Shown: in pieces, positions 1-9,109 of the stretch | How the letters are laid out: every line of letters begins with the position of its first letter | Position numbering within the stretch: the first letter of the stretch is position 1 | Assembly: GCA_031364845.1 (NCBI GenBank) | Contig: JANLWX010000118.1 | Span: 1 to 18,822, forward strand | Origin: Candidatus Eiseniibacteriota bacterium | GTDB taxonomy: Bacteria; Eisenbacteria; RBG-16-71-46 | DNA: 18,822 bases | Direction: 5' to 3' | Translations under genes and position numbers: made by a program | Notes under the pieces: model-generated | Seen by the model: the letters and a program-made list of their open reading frames with translations, nothing else | The model's database searches: none | Told to the model about the DNA's origin: nothing

Positions 1-318
1 GTCCCCGTTTGCGTCGACCGCGACCCCCGCGGGCACGCTGAACTGACCGTCACCGCTGCCGGGTACTCCCCACTGCGACACGTAGGCGCCGGCGCCCGTA
101 AATCGCTGGATCCGATTGTTCAACCGATCGGCCACGTAGACGTGGCCCGTACCGCTCGTCGCCACTCCATAGGGACCGCTGAACTGCCCGTTTCCGCTGC
201 CGGGCGATCCCCACTGACCCTGAAGGACGGGACAGAACGCGCCGACCGTCGCGGGGAGCATCGATACGAAGCCAACAAATGCGAGAGTAATTGCGAAGCG
301 GCGGAGTAATGAGGTCAT
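1..318 (-). CDS. NHL-repeat (six-bladed beta-propeller) secreted protein, N-terminal part; runs off the window's left edge
   Basis: Not in the ORF track; translated by hand from ATG at 318: MTSLLRRFAITLAFVGFVSMLPATVGA (signal peptide-like), then QWGSPGSGNGQFSGPYGVATSGTGHVYVADRLNNRIQRF and QWGVPGSGDGQFSVPAGVAVDANGD, which are canonical NHL repeats. Shine-Dalgarno AAGGAG at 333-328. Confidence 0.9.
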   Translation of the reverse strand, partial: MTSLLRRFAITLAFVGFVSMLPATVGAFCPVLQGQWGSPGSGNGQFSGPYGVATSGTGHVYVADRLNNRIQRFTGAGAYVSQWGVPGSGDGQFSVPAGVAVDANGD

Positions 319-817
319 GCGGGCCTACTCCTTTGTCTGAAGGGTCACCTGTTGCGTCTAGCGGGAATCATGCAGTGAACTTCATCCTTACCCGACTGAT
401 CCCCCCTATCACGCAACGGCTCGCCTCTATAAGGAAGAGGGCTTGGCGCCCGCATGGGCTTGCTCACTGGGCTTCGCGTTGAATCAAGCGCTCACACGAA
501 GATGAAAGAACAATTCGAAGATTGCCCGCACCGTACCACATGGGCTCGTGCGTACGGGCTACGCGACGCGGCGGCATGCCCCGCGAATAGCGCGTGAAAG
601 CCTCATCGTCATCCGCTCAATCGGAGACGCTGAAGTCAGCGGGCAGGGCTTGATAGGTGACAACGCTCAGCGATGGTCCGGTGGAGCGAGAGGTTACAGA
701 AGCAGCGAGTTGCGGTCGATGCCAGTCGGTTGCAGTGCGTTGTGGTGGATTCAAACGATATTTCTGGAACGGATCTGGAAGGAGAACGCTTCATCCTCCG
801 GATGCTGGAACCCATCG

Positions 818-1665
818 TTGGCGATCGCGCTGCTCTCTCTGAATGCGCGCCTGCCGGTCGTGTTGTCCATGTTCAACGAGAGCATTGCGCCGCACCTTCA
901 GGCAGCGAACCCTGCGCTGCGCATCCTCAACCCGGCGCGCATCGCCACACCCGAATTCGTCGGCGCCCTCGATGTTCCGCTCAGGCACGAAGTCCGGTAC
1001 ACCCCACGGCCGCCGGTTGAGCGCCGCGCGCCTGCCCGCACCGACCGGCTGATCTTCGTGTTGGTCACTGGCTTCGTTCTGCTGCTCACCGCCGCCACCG
1101 CCTACTTCCACTTGGCCGAGGGGCTGTCGTGGCTCGACGCGGTCTACTTCGTTGTCGTGACGACCGCCACGGTGGGCTATGGCGACATCTCGCTGCTGCA
1201 CTCGGGAACCGCGAGCAAGCTAGTGGGCATCGGGTTGATCCTCGCCTCTACGGTGTTCATCTGGATGATCTTCTCGCTCACCGTTGATCGAATCATCAAG
1301 CGCTGCTGCGACGTGGCGAGCGCCTGCTCGTCATCGAGCAGAATGAAAACTCCGAAGCAGTCGATTACCTGCGCCCGCTTGGAGCGGATGCGTATTGCGG
1401 CGAGGCGCGAGCACCACGTGTACTGCAGGAGTCGGGCGTGCTTCGAGCGAAAGCGCTCTATTCGCTAGTGGCGAACGACTTCGTCAATCTCGAGGTGGGT
1501 CTGAACGCGCGGTCGTTCGATCCGCAGTTGCGCCTGATCATTCGGATGTACGACGAGTCCATGAGCCGTCGAATCAAGGAGCAACTCGATATTCATCTGA
1601 CCTTCAGCGTATCGGCGATGGCGGACGAGAAATTCCTCGAGGCGCTGGACTCAGCATCAGGCTGA
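818..1665 (+). pseudogene. Disrupted potassium channel protein (RCK/TrkA-N remnant + 2TM pore + RCK domain)
   Basis: The frame of ORF 548..1468 gives the tail of an RCK domain (LLSLNARLPVVLSMFNESIAPHL), then TM1, the pore helix and K+ filter (WLDAVYFVVVTTATVGYGD) and TM2, up to DRIIKR (~1303). The second RCK domain continues in another frame from 1303 (LLRRGERLLVIEQ...NDFVNLEVGLNARSFDPQLRLIIRMYD) to TGA 1665. Its first strand and GxGxxG motif are missing. Sequence upstream of ~818 does not look like RCK. Confidence 0.75.
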
Positions 1666-1687
1666 TCGTCAGAAGAGCATCGGCGCT

Positions 1688-2503
1688 TCAGCTGCTGCCA
1701 CACCCGCCGCCACAGCCGGATGAACACCCTGACCCTCCGTCACCCGATCCGCCGTCGGCACCGCCGCCGGAGTCGCCGTGGCCACCACCCTCGTGTCCAC
1801 CACCGCTCGAGTCGGAGTGACTCCCGTGTGAAACGGTGTCGGGCCACGCACCGCCGCCACCTCCACCGCCCGACGATCCGCCCCCGAACTCGGGCATGGT
1901 CGTGTGCCCTGCACTTCCTTCGCCGCCGGAACCCGAGAAGTACATGAACAGCGGAGTGTCATCTCCTGCGATCGCCACGGATCCGTCATCGCGCCGGCGC
2001 AGAGCCTGTGCGGCCACTTCCGGCTGCGGCCGGCCGGCAAATTTTGGAGTTCCCCAGAATTCCGCGGGAGGCTCTCGGTTGAACTCCGTGTGATAGAGCT
2101 CGCGCGTAGCCACGTATTGGGACTGAAACGCCGCAGTCTGTTCGTCCAGCGGCACCAACTCGGGATTGTGATCGAAGTCGCGCTGCAGGACCGTGGCACA
2201 GAACGCGCGATAGCCGCGGGTGAAAAGCAGGTGCTCGTGCCACACCTGGTCGATCACCTTGGGCGGGGTGACCGGGAATTCGGCGACCAGTCCCAAGTAG
2301 ACGAACTTCTTGTATTCATCAATCGCCCGAAGTGCAAACGGCACGCGCCACCCCAGCTTCCGCGCCAGCTTGTCGGCGAAGGCACGGGTGAAGGCGTCGG
2401 GGCCCCCAAACGCGGACTGTACGCGATCGCCCAAGTGGGGCGGCACGAGTTGATCGAAGTGATAGTTCCGCAGGCGCATCCAGAGGGCCTTCTTGCTATC
2501 CAT
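1688..2503 (-). CDS. Glycine-rich domain-containing protein (GRDP-like domain) with Gly/Ser/Cys low-complexity tail
   Basis: Motif AIDEYKKFVYL...VTPPKVIDQVWHEHLLFTRGYRAFC...DHNP is typical of GRDP-like/TIGR04222-type proteins. The C-terminus is GSGCSSGCGGGCGSS. GGAGG Shine-Dalgarno at 2516-2512. Confidence 0.85.
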   Translation of the reverse strand: MDSKKALWMRLRNYHFDQLVPPHLGDRVQSAFGGPDAFTRAFADKLARKLGWRVPFALRAIDEYKKFVYLGLVAEFPVTPPKVIDQVWHEHLLFTRGYRAFCATVLQRDFDHNPELVPLDEQTAAFQSQYVATRELYHTEFNREPPAEFWGTPKFAGRPQPEVAAQALRRRDDGSVAIAGDDTPLFMYFSGSGGEGSAGHTTMPEFGGGSSGGGGGGGAWPDTVSHGSHSDSSGGGHEGGGHGDSGGGADGGSGDGGSGCSSGCGGGCGSS

Positions 2504-2771
2504 GGGATCTTCCTCCGATAAATCTCGAAGCGAACAATGGTAGCTCCGGGCTCCGCGACCGCAGCGGGCCCAACGGTCCGGGGTGCGCGGACCGTCTCGG
2601 AGCCGACCTCGAATTGACTGGACTCACGCGCGGTACGATACCCGGTGACGAGAGAGCCCGCGAGCTCCATGCGGCATCCATCCCGAGTCGCCACTTGAGC
2701 GAATGATTGGATGGCTCTCTTGCCTGCGCGGTCGAATGTTCGACTTCGCCCTTATGCGGTAGTTTTGCGCC

Positions 2772-5459
2772 GTGCCGCTGACCTCCGGAACCCGCCTCGG
2801 TCCCTACGAAGTCCTCGCTCCGCTCGGTGCCGGCGGCATGGGCGAGGTGTATCGCGCTCGTGACACTCGGCTCGGGCGCGAGATCGCGCTGAAGGTCCTG
2901 CCCCAGCAGCTGTCGTCATCGCCCGAACTCCGCGCGCGCTTCGAACTCGAAGCCCGCACGGTGTCGAGCCTCCATCACCCACACATCTGCGTGCTGCACG
3001 ACGTCGGGCGCGAGGGCGACACCGATTACCTCGTGATGGAGCTGGTGGAGGGCGAATCGCTGGCACAGCGCCTGGCGCGCGATCCTTTGCCCGCGCCGGA
3101 CGTGCTGCGGCTCGGCGCCCAGATCGCCGACGCGCTGGACCGCGCCCATCGCGCCGGCGTGGTGCATCGCGATCTCAAGCCCGGCAACGTGATGTTGTCC
3201 AAGAGCGGCGCGAAGCTCATGGACTTCGGCCTGGCCCGCCGGGCACCCGCCAAAGTCGGGTCGGGGCTCGCAGGCTCGCCAGGCGCGAGCCCCATGACAG
3301 CGACGACGCAATCGCCCACGGTGACGCAGCCGTTGACCGCCGAGGGCTCCATCGTCGGAACGTTCCAGTACATGTCGCCGGAGCAACTCGAGGGCAAGGA
3401 GGCCGACCCGCGCAGCGACTTGTGGGCACTCGGCTGCGTGTTGTACGAGATGGCGACGGGCGCGCGCGCGTTCGATGGCAGGACGCAGGCGAGCTTGATC
3501 AGCACGATCATGCGTGATCAGCCGCGCAGCATGACCGAGATGGCACCGTTGTCCCCGCCTGCCCTCGAGCGTCTGGTGAAGCAGTGCCTCGCTAAGGATC
3601 CCGACGATCGCTGGCAGTCAGCGGGTGACGTCCGTCGCGAGCTGGAGTGGATCGCCACCGGAGACTCTCCCGCCGGGCGCGTACCGACGCCGGTAGGCCG
3701 GCGTGCTCGCCGGGCTCGGATCGTCGCTTGGACTGCGGCCACGCTCGCCGCGGCGGTCATCGGCTGGATGTCGGCGCCGAACCGCGCGCCGGCCCGCGCC
3801 CTGGTGCGCAGCGATCTGCTTCCTCCGAACCAAGCGGGAGTGATCGGATCGTTCGCGCTTTCCCCGGCGGGCGATGCGATCGCATTCACCTTCTCCGATT
3901 CCGTGGGCACTTCGCGGCTCTGGGTACGCGCGCTCGATGAGCCGGCGGCTCGGGTCCTCGAGCACACCGAGAACGCGACCTTCCCGTTCTGGTCACCCGA
4001 CTCGCGCCAGATCGGATTCTTTGCGGACGGCAAGGTGCGTCGCATCTCGGCTGTGGGCGGCCCGGTGCAAGCGCTCGCCGATGCTCCGGTCGGCCGCGGT
4101 GGGGCGTGGAGTTCGCGCCGAGTGATCCTGTTCGCTCCGGATGCCCGCGGTCCTCTGGTGCAGATCCCGGAGACCGGCGGAACACCTCAGGTGGCGACGA
4201 CGTTCGACTCGACCTACAACACGGGCTCCCACCGCTTCCCGTACTTCCTCGCGGACGGACGTCACTTCGTATGCCTGGCCGTGGCCGACGGCGAACCCAC
4301 GCGCGTGGTGATCGCGACGCTCGATGAACCACGCGGTCGATGGATCGCGGAGTCCGATCGCGCGCCGGTCGTCGGCGATGGAGATCGATTGCTGACCGTC
4401 CGCGACGGCGTGATCTTCACGCAGGATCTCGACGCGCGCAGTGGCAAGCCGCGCGGCGAGCCCATCTCGCTTCCGGAGCCCATCGAGTTGTTTCAACGTG
4501 TCACCGGCGCGCCGGTGCTCACGGCCTCGCGTTTCGGAGCGCTGGTCTATGTGCCGGCCGACCTCCGTTCCACCGACGCCGTGTGGATCGACAGCGGTGG
4601 TCACGCCTTCGCATCGCCGATCACCGGTGAGCGCTTCCGGGATCCGATTCTCTCGCCAGACGGCCGCCGCGCGATCGTCAACAATCCTCAGGGCCACTAC
4701 GTCCTGGACCTTGCAACGGGCGCCCGCGCACGCGTAAGCCCGGAGACCGGCGAGACGATGTGGGCCATCTGGGGGCCCGGCGAAAACGAGATCACATCGA
4801 ACTACGATCGATCTTCCGCGCGCCATCACACGATGGGAAGCCTCGAGACCATTCGCCTCGGAGCGAATGGCGAAGGGATCGTCGGACACTGGCTCCGGCG
4901 GCACCCGTACTTTCTCGTTTCGACCGGTGTCACCAAGGACGGAAAGTACCTCGTCGTCAACGAGCAGACGCCGGGCGCCCAGTACGACATCGCCTACGTC
5001 GTCGCGGGCGACTCGACGCGAATCCAGCCCTACTTGCGTCGTCGGGCGAGCGACGTATCGGGAACCCCCTCTCCTGATGGCCGGTGGCTGGCCTACGGCA
5101 GCGATGTGGACGGTACGCCCGAGCTCTACCTCGACTCCTTCCCGATCCCCCGTCATGCACGCCGCGTCTCGTCGGCGGGCGTGAAGTTCGACCCTCAGCC
5201 CATCGTGTGGTGGCGCGCAGACGGACGCGCCCTCTACTTCCTGGCGCCGAACTCGCGCACGATGATGACCTGTGACATCGGTGCCGGCCCCGACCCGACG
5301 ATCGGCGCACCGCGGGTGGCGTTCCAGCTTCCCTCGGAGTACCTCGGATCCCCCTCGATGTCCGCCGACGGCCGACGCTGTCTCGCATTCGTGCCCCGCG
5401 GGACCCGGGTGTCGACACTGCGACTCGTCGAAAACTGGGCGCTGACCGCGAGCCGCTGA
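2772..5459 (+). CDS. Hanks-type Ser/Thr protein kinase with TM helix and C-terminal PD40/TolB-like beta-propeller
   Basis: Kinase motifs LGAGGMGEVY, IALK, HRDLKPGN, DFG, YMSPE and DLWALG; hydrophobic segment IVAWTAATLAAAVIGWM; repeats FALSPAGDAIAF, FWSPDSRQIGF, ILSPDGRRAI, PSPDGRWLAY and WRADGRALYF. Confidence 0.95.
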   Translation: MPLTSGTRLGPYEVLAPLGAGGMGEVYRARDTRLGREIALKVLPQQLSSSPELRARFELEARTVSSLHHPHICVLHDVGREGDTDYLVMELVEGESLAQRLARDPLPAPDVLRLGAQIADALDRAHRAGVVHRDLKPGNVMLSKSGAKLMDFGLARRAPAKVGSGLAGSPGASPMTATTQSPTVTQPLTAEGSIVGTFQYMSPEQLEGKEADPRSDLWALGCVLYEMATGARAFDGRTQASLISTIMRDQPRSMTEMAPLSPPALERLVKQCLAKDPDDRWQSAGDVRRELEWIATGDSPAGRVPTPVGRRARRARIVAWTAATLAAAVIGWMSAPNRAPARALVRSDLLPPNQAGVIGSFALSPAGDAIAFTFSDSVGTSRLWVRALDEPAARVLEHTENATFPFWSPDSRQIGFFADGKVRRISAVGGPVQALADAPVGRGGAWSSRRVILFAPDARGPLVQIPETGGTPQVATTFDSTYNTGSHRFPYFLADGRHFVCLAVADGEPTRVVIATLDEPRGRWIAESDRAPVVGDGDRLLTVRDGVIFTQDLDARSGKPRGEPISLPEPIELFQRVTGAPVLTASRFGALVYVPADLRSTDAVWIDSGGHAFASPITGERFRDPILSPDGRRAIVNNPQGHYVLDLATGARARVSPETGETMWAIWGPGENEITSNYDRSSARHHTMGSLETIRLGANGEGIVGHWLRRHPYFLVSTGVTKDGKYLVVNEQTPGAQYDIAYVVAGDSTRIQPYLRRRASDVSGTPSPDGRWLAYGSDVDGTPELYLDSFPIPRHARRVSSAGVKFDPQPIVWWRADGRALYFLAPNSRTMMTCDIGAGPDPTIGAPRVAFQLPSEYLGSPSMSADGRRCLAFVPRGTRVSTLRLVENWALTASR

Positions 5460-5630
5460 AGCACGTTCGGCGACGGTCTTGGTCATAGGGAAAGCGCGCT
5501 CCCGGGAGTAGAGTCACCCGCACGACCCACTCACACCCGGCGCGGTGCCGCGACGCCGTGGCACCGACATCCCGGTGCACTCTGCGCCATGAATTCGGAT
5601 GAGAACGGGTCGTGATTGCGAGGTCAGCCG

Positions 5631-8600
5631 ATGCGATCCTCTTCGATCCTCTGTCCGATCCTCCTTGCCGCGGTTCTCTCCTTCTGTGCGGTGGCCTCGG
5701 CGACGGCGGGCGATCACGAATCCGCGCCGGCGTTCGATGTGGCGAGTGCGGATTCCAGCGCGCGTGACTCCTACGATCCCGGCGATTTCGCTTCGGCGCC
5801 CCACACGAACTCGGGCGTGAAGCCTTGGCACAAGTTCCCGGTCCCCGGCATCGGCCTGCGCGGGCACTGGTCCCGCATGCAGTACGCCGATCCCGAGCCC
5901 CGCGACACACCCTCGATGATTCATGACCCGGTGCGGAATCGCCTCGTGCTGTTCGGAGGATTCGACGGGTCCGAGTACCACAACGACACCTGGGTCGTGA
6001 ATCCTGGGGGCGAAACCGAGTGGCGTCGACTCCCCACGCTGGGCTCGCCACCACCGGGTCGAAGCCGCCACGTCGCCGTGTACGACCCACAGACCGATGC
6101 GATGATCGTGTACGGGGGATGGGATGGGACACGGCACCTCGGCGACATCTGGCAACTGGATCTGGGCGAAGTCGCGCGATGGCGCGCGGTGACCCAACTC
6201 GATGAGCCCCGCCCCGCGCGTCGTGGCGACTGCGAAGGCGTTTACGATGCGGCTCACCATCGCCTCGTCATCGCAGCCGGACAGGCCGACGACCGCATGC
6301 TGAACGACGTGTGGGCGTTCGGTCTCGATACGGGTCACTGGTCGACGGTTTCGCCCGAAGCGCGCGAGGAGGTGTCCCGCTCGTACGCGTCGTGCGCGTT
6401 CGATTCGCGTCGCCAGCGTTGGCTGATGTTCGGAAGCGACCGGGTCAACGACCTGTGGTCGTGGGACGTCGCACGCCACGTGGGCTGGGCCCGGCTGGAC
6501 TACGCAGACGATGGACAGATTGCCATCGTGGACCCTGCTGCGGTCTACGACTCGTTGCGCGATCAGTTGATCGTCGTGGGGGGATCGGAGTATCCGGAGA
6601 ACACGATGGAAGTCTCGATCATCGACCTGTCCCGCCAGACGCGCGGTCCGCGACCCCGAATCGCCGGCGACCCTCCGCCGTCGCTGGTGAGCCCCGCCGC
6701 GGTCTACGATCCTGTGGGAGATCGCGTCCTCGTATTCGGCGGTTTGAACCGGAACCAGACCGCCACGGGTGAACTGTGGGCGCTGAGCCTCGGCGACTCC
6801 ATGCGATGGACGCGCCTGTCGACTCCGGGTCCCGGAATGCCGGGGCCGCGCGCCTTCGCGTCGTCCGTCTACGATCCCCGGCTCAAGCGGTGGGTCATCA
6901 TGTTCGGCTCGAACGGCACGACGGCATTGAAGGACGTCTGGAACTACGACTTCGCAACGGGGCAGTGGTCGGAGAATGTATTCGGTGACTACGGTGGCTT
7001 TCCGGCCCGGGGTCTCTATGCAGCCTCAACGGCGTACGACCCCGTTCGGAATCGCGTCCTGATCTTCGGCGGCACCGACGGCGTCAAGACCTACCGTGAT
7101 GTCTGGCAGTTCTTGATGACTCCGGAGACCAATCAACTCCAGCCCACGACGTTCAACGTGAGCGGGCAATTCCCCGACTACGCCGCGGGCGCCAGCGCGT
7201 TCTACGACGTCTCGCGCGACCGCATGCTCGTGTTCAACGTCGGCGGCAGTTGCAGGTGCTACAACACGTGGATCCTTCGAACCGAGGGATCCACCGCCTT
7301 GTGGACTCCGTGGGTGCTTCCCGACTCCATTCCAAGGCCGAATGTGCGCGCTGCGGCCGTCTATGATCCGGAGCGCGATCGCCTGGTACAGGCCGCCGGC
7401 TGGATGGATTCCCAGGTCTTCGAACCGCGCGTGTGGAGCATCGGACTGTCCGACGCCCTTCCGAAGTGGCGCCAGGACGGCGTCGGGCTCGCCGCGGACG
7501 GCGGACGCGGCGCCTATGATCCAGCCGGACGCAGGATGCTGGTATTCGGTGGAGACCTCGGCGCCGTGCGGACGAACGCTCTGTGGGAGGTGCGCATGAG
7601 CGATGGGATGGTCCAGCGCATCGGACCCTTGGGCCCGCTCCCGCCGCCGCGCTTCCTTCACGCCGTCGCAATCGACGCGCAGAACCGCCGGCTGTTCGCG
7701 TTCGGTGGCGCCCGTTATGTGTCCACGAACCGGGGTCTGCTCGGAGATCTGTGGGAACTCGATCTCGCGGGCCAGGGCACGTGGCGACCGCTCATCGCGT
7801 CTCCTCGATTCCCCGAACAACGCTCGGTTCACGCGGCACTCTACGACGCGCCCCGTGACCGCATGCTCGTGTTCGGCGGGACGACGCTCGACGATTCGGT
7901 GTGGGCGTTGCCACTCAGCGGCCCGTTGCGCTGGTCCCGTCTCCCGACCGCCGGCCCCTCGCCCGGCTGGCGACTGGGACCTTCGCTGGTCTACGACTCC
8001 CGCCGCGATCGCGCGATCATGATCGGAGGCTCGCGCGGGCGCGATCTGGCGATGAAAGACGCCTGGGCCCTGTCGCTCTCGGATCCGCCGACCTGGTCGA
8101 TGATCGAACCCCGCGACACGCTAACCCAGGGCGGCGAGAACTCCGCATGCGTCTACGATTCCTCACGCGACGAAGTGATCAGCTTCGGCGGCGATGCCAC
8201 GACTCAGCGTCACCGGTTCGAAGACTGGCACTTCCGCCCCGGCGCGTTCGCGCTTTCGCTCTCGGATCCCAACTGGCGCGGTCTCGAGGTCGTGGGCGGG
8301 CCGGCCGGGAACTCGACGAACGTGGCGGCGGTGATCACTCCCGGAGATCGCATCATGAGCTACGGAGGGCTCAACGATGTGCTCGGCACCACGTGCGACA
8401 CGTGGTCGATCGGACTCGACGGAACCCATTTCACCCACCTGCAGCAGGATCCCTGCTCAGGCCCCCCCGCGGCCTACGGACCCACGCTGGTTCGCGATCC
8501 GCTGCGGCGTCTCGCGTTGCTCTATGGGGGCGACGGCAGCGTCTGGGCTCGCCCGGACGATGGTTCGGGCACGTGGACCGAGATTAACCTGACGAGCACC

Positions 8601-9026
8601 CCGCCGGCCGCGCGCACCGAGTTCTCGAGCATCTACGACACGCGACATCAGCGCATGGTCGTGTGGGGCGGGCACAGAAAAACCGACACGATCGACTTGT
8701 GGGGGTTCACTCTGGACTTCGCATCCCCGGCGCGTGGACCGATCGTTCCCATCGGGCCGGGGCAGCGTTTCGCCGTACGTGTCACGAGTCCGGCGCGCGG
8801 CGCGATCGACGCCGCGATCTCCCTCCCCGATCGCTCCCCCGCAAGGCTCGAGTTCTACGACATCGCTGGCCGGCGGGTCGTGACGCGCGATGTAGGAGCA
8901 CTCGGTGCGGGCGAGCACCACATCGCGATTCCGGAGTCGGCACATCTGCCCGCGGGGATCTACCTGCTGCGGCTGCGCCGGGGCGAGGACGTGCGCACGG
9001 CGCGGATCGTGCTGCTGGAGCACTAG
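5631..9026 (+). CDS. Secreted Kelch-like repeat protein (18 repeats) with C-terminal T9SS-type-A/FlgD-Ig-like domain
   Basis: Start moved to ATG 5631 (GAGGT at 5620-5624; signal peptide MRSSSILCPILLAAVLSFCAVASA). 18 repeats of consensus AVYDPxRxRhLhFGG...DhW. C-terminal LEFYDIAGRRV...LPAGIYLLRL...RIVLL. Confidence 0.9.
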   Translation: MRSSSILCPILLAAVLSFCAVASATAGDHESAPAFDVASADSSARDSYDPGDFASAPHTNSGVKPWHKFPVPGIGLRGHWSRMQYADPEPRDTPSMIHDPVRNRLVLFGGFDGSEYHNDTWVVNPGGETEWRRLPTLGSPPPGRSRHVAVYDPQTDAMIVYGGWDGTRHLGDIWQLDLGEVARWRAVTQLDEPRPARRGDCEGVYDAAHHRLVIAAGQADDRMLNDVWAFGLDTGHWSTVSPEAREEVSRSYASCAFDSRRQRWLMFGSDRVNDLWSWDVARHVGWARLDYADDGQIAIVDPAAVYDSLRDQLIVVGGSEYPENTMEVSIIDLSRQTRGPRPRIAGDPPPSLVSPAAVYDPVGDRVLVFGGLNRNQTATGELWALSLGDSMRWTRLSTPGPGMPGPRAFASSVYDPRLKRWVIMFGSNGTTALKDVWNYDFATGQWSENVFGDYGGFPARGLYAASTAYDPVRNRVLIFGGTDGVKTYRDVWQFLMTPETNQLQPTTFNVSGQFPDYAAGASAFYDVSRDRMLVFNVGGSCRCYNTWILRTEGSTALWTPWVLPDSIPRPNVRAAAVYDPERDRLVQAAGWMDSQVFEPRVWSIGLSDALPKWRQDGVGLAADGGRGAYDPAGRRMLVFGGDLGAVRTNALWEVRMSDGMVQRIGPLGPLPPPRFLHAVAIDAQNRRLFAFGGARYVSTNRGLLGDLWELDLAGQGTWRPLIASPRFPEQRSVHAALYDAPRDRMLVFGGTTLDDSVWALPLSGPLRWSRLPTAGPSPGWRLGPSLVYDSRRDRAIMIGGSRGRDLAMKDAWALSLSDPPTWSMIEPRDTLTQGGENSACVYDSSRDEVISFGGDATTQRHRFEDWHFRPGAFALSLSDPNWRGLEVVGGPAGNSTNVAAVITPGDRIMSYGGLNDVLGTTCDTWSIGLDGTHFTHLQQDPCSGPPAAYGPTLVRDPLRRLALLYGGDGSVWARPDDGSGTWTEINLTSTPPAARTEFSSIYDTRHQRMVVWGGHRKTDTIDLWGFTLDFASPARGPIVPIGPGQRFAVRVTSPARGAIDAAISLPDRSPARLEFYDIAGRRVVTRDVGALGAGEHHIAIPESAHLPAGIYLLRLRRGEDVRTARIVLLEH

Positions 9027-9109
9027 GCTTCGGCAACTCACGGGTGAAAGACCGGCTCACGGCAAATCCTTCGCGACCGGTCGCCTGCCGACCATGTAGT
9101 CTCCCGCTC

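Noticed and set aside
548..817. N-terminal ~90 codons of ORF 548..1468, plus short overlapping ORFs 657..842 and 673..1020
   Set aside because: No RCK or other recognisable similarity, atypical composition and no SD. Likely open by chance, though it may be unrecognised gene debris.
1290..1310. Programmed -1 frameshift producing a full-length channel
   Set aside because: No slippery heptamer, and the fused product would still lack the RCK GxGxxG motif. A deletion explains the junction better.
1688..1890. Possible tandem repeat or CRISPR-like array (ccgccg/ccaccg runs)
   Set aside because: These are glycine codons of the GRDP tail on the minus strand; there is no repeat-spacer periodicity.
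5543..5566. 10-bp GC hairpin between the kinase and Kelch genes as a terminator
   Set aside because: No U-tract and over 80 nt from the kinase stop. No function can be assigned, and such stems are common at this GC.
3993..6479. Long antisense ORFs (3993..5486, 4957..6132, 5514..6479)
   Set aside because: Shadow ORFs of high-GC genes, Arg/Ala/Pro-rich with no motifs. The same applies to 12008..13657, 13404..14420, 14387..15295 and 14845..16113.
8663..9109. N-terminal extension of the hydrolase ORF
   Set aside because: It overlaps the Kelch gene's conserved C-terminal domain. The lipoprotein signal begins at ATG 9110.
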